NCBI GenBank assembly: GCA_016873225.1
Contig: VGXS01000018.1
Coordinates: 11,995-75,994 of the forward strand
Source: Planctomycetota bacterium
GTDB lineage: Bacteria > Planctomycetota > Planctomycetia > Gemmatales > Gemmataceae
DNA length: 64,000 nt
Direction: 5' to 3'
Below the pieces are notes generated by a model. That model saw nothing but the letters and a program-made list of their open reading frames with translations, was not told the DNA's origin and did not search any database. Position numbers and translations under genes: made by a program. Each line of letters starts with the position of its first letter. Position 1 is the stretch's first letter. Shown one piece after another: positions 56,497 to 64,000 of this stretch.

Positions 56497-57567
56497 GTGG
56501 TTCTCAACCGTCGTGAGATTGTCAGGCAGTCCGGTGGCGCGATCGCTCTCTCGCTGGCACAAGCGACGATCACCAACGCAGCTGACAAGCCCCGTATCAG
56601 GGTCGGCCAAATCGGCGTGGGCCACGCCCATGCCAGCAAGCTGGCGGCTTACAGGTCATCTCCCGACTACGAGGTTGTCGGAATCGCCGAACCTGATGAC
56701 AAGCTGCGGCGGGTGGCCGAGAAACAAGCCGCCTTCAGCGGCCTCCGATTCATGACCCGTGAGGAACTGCTGGCCACGCCGGGCCTTCAGGCTGTGCTTG
56801 TGGAAAGCCGGGTCGGCGACCTGCTGGACAATGCCGATGCCGCCATCGCCGCGGGAAAGCATGTCCACATCGACAAGCCGCCGGGGGAATCGCTGCCCCG
56901 GTTCAGGAAAATCCTCGAGAATGCCGCGCGCAACAAGCTGATGGTTCAGATGGGATACATGTACCGGTACAACCCGGCGGTTGCCCTGCTGCGCGAGTTC
57001 CTGGCCAATGGGTGGCTCGGCGATGTGTTCGAGGTGCACGCCGTCATGAGCAAGGTCGTGGATCCCGCAAGCAGGAAATCACTGGCCGCTTACAAGGGCG
57101 GGATGATGTTCGAGCTGGGTTGCCATCTCGTCGACCTGGTGGTGGGCGTTCTTGGAAAGCCGGAGCAGGTTTTCGGGCTCAACCAGCATGTCGGGCCGCC
57201 GGATGACACGCTGCTTGACAATTCGATGGCCGTTTTGGCCTACCCCAAGGCGATCGCCAGCGTGAAGACCACGGCGCTGGAGGTGAACGGTTTTGAACGG
57301 AGGCACATGGTGGTTTGCGGCACCAAGGGAACCTTCCACATCCAGCCGCTCGACAATCCCGTGGCCAAGGTGACCCTGGAAGCGGATTGCCCGGGCTTCA
57401 AGAAGGGAACCCAGGAAGTGAAGTTCCCCAAATATATCCGCTATGTGGACGACGCCGCCGACATGGCCGGGGTGATCCGTGGCGAGAAGCCCGATTCGTT
57501 CGGGCCGCGGCACGACCTCGCGGCGCAGGAAACGCTCCTGAGGGCCTGCGGATTGCCGGCGGGCTGA
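56497..57567 (+). CDS. Gfo/Idh/MocA-family oxidoreductase with Tat-like signal
   Basis: NRREIVRQSGGAIALSLAQA, then Rossmann IRVGQIGVGHAHA...YEVVGIAEPD. Start placed at GTG 56497. The track ORF begins at TTG 56245 inside AT-rich DNA. Confidence 0.8.
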   Translation: MVLNRREIVRQSGGAIALSLAQATITNAADKPRIRVGQIGVGHAHASKLAAYRSSPDYEVVGIAEPDDKLRRVAEKQAAFSGLRFMTREELLATPGLQAVLVESRVGDLLDNADAAIAAGKHVHIDKPPGESLPRFRKILENAARNKLMVQMGYMYRYNPAVALLREFLANGWLGDVFEVHAVMSKVVDPASRKSLAAYKGGMMFELGCHLVDLVVGVLGKPEQVFGLNQHVGPPDDTLLDNSMAVLAYPKAIASVKTTALEVNGFERRHMVVCGTKGTFHIQPLDNPVAKVTLEADCPGFKKGTQEVKFPKYIRYVDDAADMAGVIRGEKPDSFGPRHDLAAQETLLRACGLPAG

Positions 57568-57602
57568 AGCGGCCCGGGTCCCCGGAATGATCCGAGTCGC
57601 CG

Positions 57603-60445
<2,843 letters not shown>

Positions 60446-60452
60446 CGGCGTC

Positions 60453-61562
60453 TCAGCTCAACGGCATCACAAGATACAAGAACGATTCACCCAGTCGGAA
60501 AAGTGCCGGGTGGTTTCCGTCGATCAGGTCCACCTCGAGCGGCGCGTCCGCCGGCAACTGCTTGAGCATGTCGAGCAGGTACTGGGGATTGAAGGCGATG
60601 CTCACGGAGGCTCCCTGGTGCTCAATGGGCAGCTCAACCTTGCTCTTGCCGCCGGTTCCATGCGCGGCCTGGAGCGAAAGCTTGCCGGGATTGAAATTCA
60701 GGACGAGCTTGCGGGTTTCATCGTCCACCATGATCGCCGCCTGCCGAACCGCCGAGAACAGCGCGCCCGCCTGCAGGGGAATCTTGGCGGTGATCTTCTC
60801 GCGCTTGGGAATCACGGCCTTGTAATCGGGAAACCTGCCTTCGACGAGGCGGGTTGAAAGAACCGACCGGCCGGTGCGGAAGAGGGCCTCGGAAGGGCGC
60901 AGCACCACGCGGATTTCCTCCTCGTCGTCGAGCAGGTTGCGCTCCAGGGCGTGCATGGCCTTGCTGGGGATGATGGCGGTGCCGTTGGCCTTCACGCCGC
61001 TGACGGATCCGGTGGCCATGGCCAGCCGGCGACCGTCGGTGGCCACGAGCCTGGCGTTGCCATCCGACTCGAGGCTCCAGTGGACGCCGGTCATCGTGAA
61101 ACGAGCGGTTTCCGAGGCGCATGCGAAGGTCGTGCGGCGGATCATCTCACGAAGGGGGCCGGCGGTGAGGATGGAGCCCCCGTCGGCGTCGAGGTCGGGC
61201 AAGTCGGGAAACTGGTCGGGATCCTCGAAAGGCAACTCGTACTCGAGACTTCCGCCGCTCACGGCGATGCCGCTGCCGGCGACCCGGTCGCATTCGATCT
61301 CGAGTTCCGGAACACGGGCCTCGCGAAGGATCGAAACAATGCGGGATGCCGGCAACAAGGCCTGCCCCGCCTGAAGAACATTGACGCCGGCCACATCAAG
61401 CCGCAGGCCAAGTTCCAGGTCGGTGGCCTGAAGAGTCACGCGGCCGGGTTCAGCGACGATCTTGATGTTCGCAAGCACCGGCTTGATGTCCTTGGTCGGA
61501 AGGACGGAAGAAGCCAGTTGGCACCCTTGAAGAAGGCTTTCGCGCTGGCAGATCAACTTCAT
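60453..61562 (-). CDS. dnaN: DNA polymerase III beta sliding clamp
   Basis: MKLICQRESLLQGCQLASSVLPTKDIKPVLANIKIVA...; three-domain length of about 370 aa. Start placed at ATG 61562. The track extends to 61610. Confidence 0.93.
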   Translation of the reverse strand: MKLICQRESLLQGCQLASSVLPTKDIKPVLANIKIVAEPGRVTLQATDLELGLRLDVAGVNVLQAGQALLPASRIVSILREARVPELEIECDRVAGSGIAVSGGSLEYELPFEDPDQFPDLPDLDADGGSILTAGPLREMIRRTTFACASETARFTMTGVHWSLESDGNARLVATDGRRLAMATGSVSGVKANGTAIIPSKAMHALERNLLDDEEEIRVVLRPSEALFRTGRSVLSTRLVEGRFPDYKAVIPKREKITAKIPLQAGALFSAVRQAAIMVDDETRKLVLNFNPGKLSLQAAHGTGGKSKVELPIEHQGASVSIAFNPQYLLDMLKQLPADAPLEVDLIDGNHPALFRLGESFLYLVMPLS

Positions 61563-61856
61563 GCTGTGTCTGTCCTCATCGGATGCCATGGGCCGGAATG
61601 ACTCATCCAATCATTCTACTGATTTTCCATTCATTCATGACAATGATGGGCGAGGAATTCTCCGGCACCCTCAATTCAGTCTCAACAATTCTCCAAGTTG
61701 TTGCATCAATTGGATTTAAGGTTTTAGGGCTACCCGGGGAAAACCTGTTCAACCGCTGTTCATGGCATGTTCAGGGCTGAAGGTGGCGGTTCATGGCCCT
61801 GGTGCCTGTCAACATGCCGTCGACGGCCATGAACAGGCTGTCGACATGTCATGAAC
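61563..61856. other. candidate replication origin / dnaN control region
   Basis: This is the dnaA-like-to-dnaN intergenic position. It has an AT-rich core at about 61600-61740, three TGTTCA repeats at 11-bp phasing, and four GTTCATG/CATGAAC copies. See findings. Confidence 0.35.
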
Positions 61857-62817
61857 GGGTTGTCCCCGCCCGTAACGATTCGAGGTTGCGTTCCAGCTTT
61901 TTCAGAAGCGCCAAGGTCGTTGGTTCGCAGCTGACATGGAAAGACTCGATGGCATGGCGCAGGGTTGCCGGGTCCCTGCCACCGAGCGCCCTTCCAAGCT
62001 TGGCCAACGACAATTCCGTGAAGGACCTGGCCAAAACAATCACCAGTTGACGCGCCTTCACCAGACCCGGCAGCCGCGCGGGGCCGGTCATCGCCTTGCG
62101 GTCGTTTCCCGTTTCCGATGCCACGACTGAAATGATCTGTTCAAGGGAGATGGTGCCCGCCGCCCGCCGACACCTGGCCAGTGCCTCGTCAACAGCCAAG
62201 TGTTCCGAAGCGGCATCCGCCAAGGCCCGCACCTGCCTGTCGATCCCGCCGATGGTCGGCGCCAGCATCGCCTCAAGGTCCTCACGCATGGGCTTCCCAA
62301 CCCGGACCCCGTGCCTTGTCAACAGCGAGGAAAGGGCTTGCCGGCGGCTTTCTGCCGTCAGGGGAGGGATTTCCACGACCAAGGCGCCCACCAATCGTTC
62401 AACCACGCGGCTTGGCGCTTGAATTTCGGATGGAGGCGTCGCGAGCGATAAGGCCGTGGCGTGGCGTTCCTGGTTGCGGTGATCCAGAAGTGTGGCGAAC
62501 CTTGGAACAACCTTGGGCGAAATCGAAGCGAAATCATCAATCACCACCAAGGGCAATTCCTTGAGCCTTCGCAAGGTCACCCTTCCCTTGTCGGGTAGCC
62601 GCCGCGTGGCCAGTGCCGAACCCCGGCATAACAGGGAAGCGCTCTTGCCGTAATGCTTTCGCCATTCGGTCGCCAGCTTTCTCAGGAGCGTCGTGCGTCC
62701 GCATCCCGGAAGACCCCAAACAACCACGACCGGTATGTGGGGGCTCTCGGGAACCGGTTCCAGCGCCCCAAGGGCCATTTGCGCCGCTCGGAATTCAGGC
62801 AGCTCCAGCAGGTTCAT
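61849..62817 (-). CDS. short DnaA-like AAA+ protein (domains III-IV only; Walker A GCGRT)
   Basis: Walker A WGLPGCGRTTLL; Walker B LVVIDDF; DnaA-like ...SLATPPSEIQ...ERLVGALVVEIPPL; domain IV-like KARQLVIVLARSFTELSLAKLGRALGGRDPATLRHAIESF. Sits directly upstream of dnaN. Confidence 0.65.
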   Translation of the reverse strand: MNLLELPEFRAAQMALGALEPVPESPHIPVVVVWGLPGCGRTTLLRKLATEWRKHYGKSASLLCRGSALATRRLPDKGRVTLRRLKELPLVVIDDFASISPKVVPRFATLLDHRNQERHATALSLATPPSEIQAPSRVVERLVGALVVEIPPLTAESRRQALSSLLTRHGVRVGKPMREDLEAMLAPTIGGIDRQVRALADAASEHLAVDEALARCRRAAGTISLEQIISVVASETGNDRKAMTGPARLPGLVKARQLVIVLARSFTELSLAKLGRALGGRDPATLRHAIESFHVSCEPTTLALLKKLERNLESLRAGTTRS

Positions 62818-63950
62818 GCATGCGGCCCGCGGAGTCGCGCGATGATTTTGGCCACGGCTGAACCGGCCATGGAAACCTCATCGGGGTTGAGAAAAGGCCC
62901 CAGGCTGAAGCGGATGACGGACTTTCGATGCTCTTCGGGCAGGCCGATCAATGCCAATGCCGGCGAGGGAAGGGAACTGCCCGACGAACACGCCGCGCCC
63001 GCGCTGCAGCTTATCCCCTCGAGGTCGAGCGCCATCAAGGCCATGTCGGAACGCACCCCGGAAAACGCGATGAGAAGCACATGGTTGAGTCCTCCCGCGA
63101 GCGGACCGAGGATTTCCCATGGCTTGCATGGGGCAATTCCGGCGAGAAACCCCTCGCGCAGCTGCGTGCATGCGATTTGGCGATCAACCATGCCATCGAC
63201 CGCCATGCGAAGGGCCTTGGCCATGCCCACCGCAAGGTAGACAGCCTCGGTTCCCGAGCGTCGGCCGCGCTGCTGGCCGCCACCGACGAACAACGGAGGC
63301 AAGGACACGCCGCGCCGCACAAGGAGCGCCCCGACCCCCTTGGGCCCGAAGAACTTGTGCGCTGAAAACGACAATGTCGAAACCTCAAGGCGATGAAAAT
63401 CAACCGGAATCTTGCCCACGGCCTGGGTGGCGTCGATGTGCCAGGCGCCGGCGTCACCGAAGCGGCGCCGTGTCGCGTCGATCAAAGCCGCCATGTCCTG
63501 CACGGCGCCGGTCTCGTGCCCGGCCAGCGTCGCCACCTGAAGGTTCGGAGCCTCGGGGCACAAGGCGGCCCAATCGCGCGGATTGATGATTCCCCTGTCG
63601 GCTCGCGGCAAGCGGTTGACCCGGGCTCCCCGGGATTCGGCCAGCGTCATGTTTTCGCGGATGGAGGGGTGCTCCAGGTCGGAAGCCGCCACCAAATCAC
63701 CCGGCCGGATTCCCGCCAGCGCCATGGCGTTGGCTTCCGTGGCGCCCGATGTGAAGACCACCTCGTCCGGCCAGGCGCCAAGCAGCGATGCGATTTCCTC
63801 GCGCGAGTCCTCCAGGGCCCTGCGCGCCGCGCGCCCCGCCCCGTGGGTGCTGGCCGGGTTGGCCCATGCCTCCACCGCCCAGGGGCGCATGGCATCCCAC
63901 ACTTCGGGCAGGCAAGGGGTGGTGGCATTGTGGTCCAGATGGATGGCCAT
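62814..63950 (-). CDS. cysteine desulfurase (NifS/IscS-like class V aminotransferase)
   Basis: HLDHNATTP; TSGATEANA; PLP-lysine motif SFSAHKFFGPKGVGAL; C-terminal SAGAACSSG active-site Cys loop. Confidence 0.85.
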   Translation of the reverse strand: MAIHLDHNATTPCLPEVWDAMRPWAVEAWANPASTHGAGRAARRALEDSREEIASLLGAWPDEVVFTSGATEANAMALAGIRPGDLVAASDLEHPSIRENMTLAESRGARVNRLPRADRGIINPRDWAALCPEAPNLQVATLAGHETGAVQDMAALIDATRRRFGDAGAWHIDATQAVGKIPVDFHRLEVSTLSFSAHKFFGPKGVGALLVRRGVSLPPLFVGGGQQRGRRSGTEAVYLAVGMAKALRMAVDGMVDRQIACTQLREGFLAGIAPCKPWEILGPLAGGLNHVLLIAFSGVRSDMALMALDLEGISCSAGAACSSGSSLPSPALALIGLPEEHRKSVIRFSLGPFLNPDEVSMAGSAVAKIIARLRGPHA

Positions 63951-64000
63951 GCCACCAAGATACCGGCAACGGTCACTGGCCTAGCGTTTTTCCATCAGTT

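Overview
This is a high-GC bacterial chromosomal window. The gene content points to Planctomycetota: two tandem DUF1559 prepilin-like proteins, two PSCyt/DUF1549/DUF1553 giants each paired with a DUF1501 protein, a third solo DUF1501, a PPC-domain protein, a TIGR02996-like LRR protein, and a Cys-rich repeat protein. I support about 50 CDS. All calls rest on motif recognition in the supplied translations and manual reading of the DNA; no searches were run.

Main blocks:
- Origin-proximal set on the minus strand at 57.6-63.9 kb: gyrB, DUF721, dnaN, a short dnaA-like gene and a cysteine desulfurase.
- Chemosensory operon cheA-cheW-mcp-cheB-cheR on the minus strand at 32.7-39.5 kb, followed directly by parB, with two parS-like palindromes in the cheR-parB gap.
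- ABC/HlyD/TolC exporter operon at 51.4-56.1 kb, whose ABC ATPase motifs look degenerate.
- Housekeeping genes: gnd, glgC, pdxH, cca, sppA, a tartrate/D-malate dehydrogenase-family enzyme and a cyclophilin.

I recognised no rRNA, tRNA, CRISPR array, transposase or phage genes.

Observations most worth a second look:
- A mosaic palindromic repeat family sits in two AT-rich convergent intergenic regions (16.6-17.0 kb and 50.9-51.5 kb). Its central loop is flipped relative to its flanks between the two copies.
- The ABC exporter is predicted to be catalytically degenerate.
- The short dnaA-like gene has a Walker A Lys-to-Arg change, and the AT-rich gap next to it carries helically phased TGTTCA / GTTCATG repeats (candidate oriC).
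- parB is orphaned from parA and appended to a che operon that has no cheY.
- A 54-aa hemP-like gene lies below the ORF-track size cut-off.
- A signal peptide is separated from its HEAT-like ORF by an in-frame TGA.

The ORF track omits ORFs that run off the window edge (one found at 1..1154) and ORFs under 60 aa.
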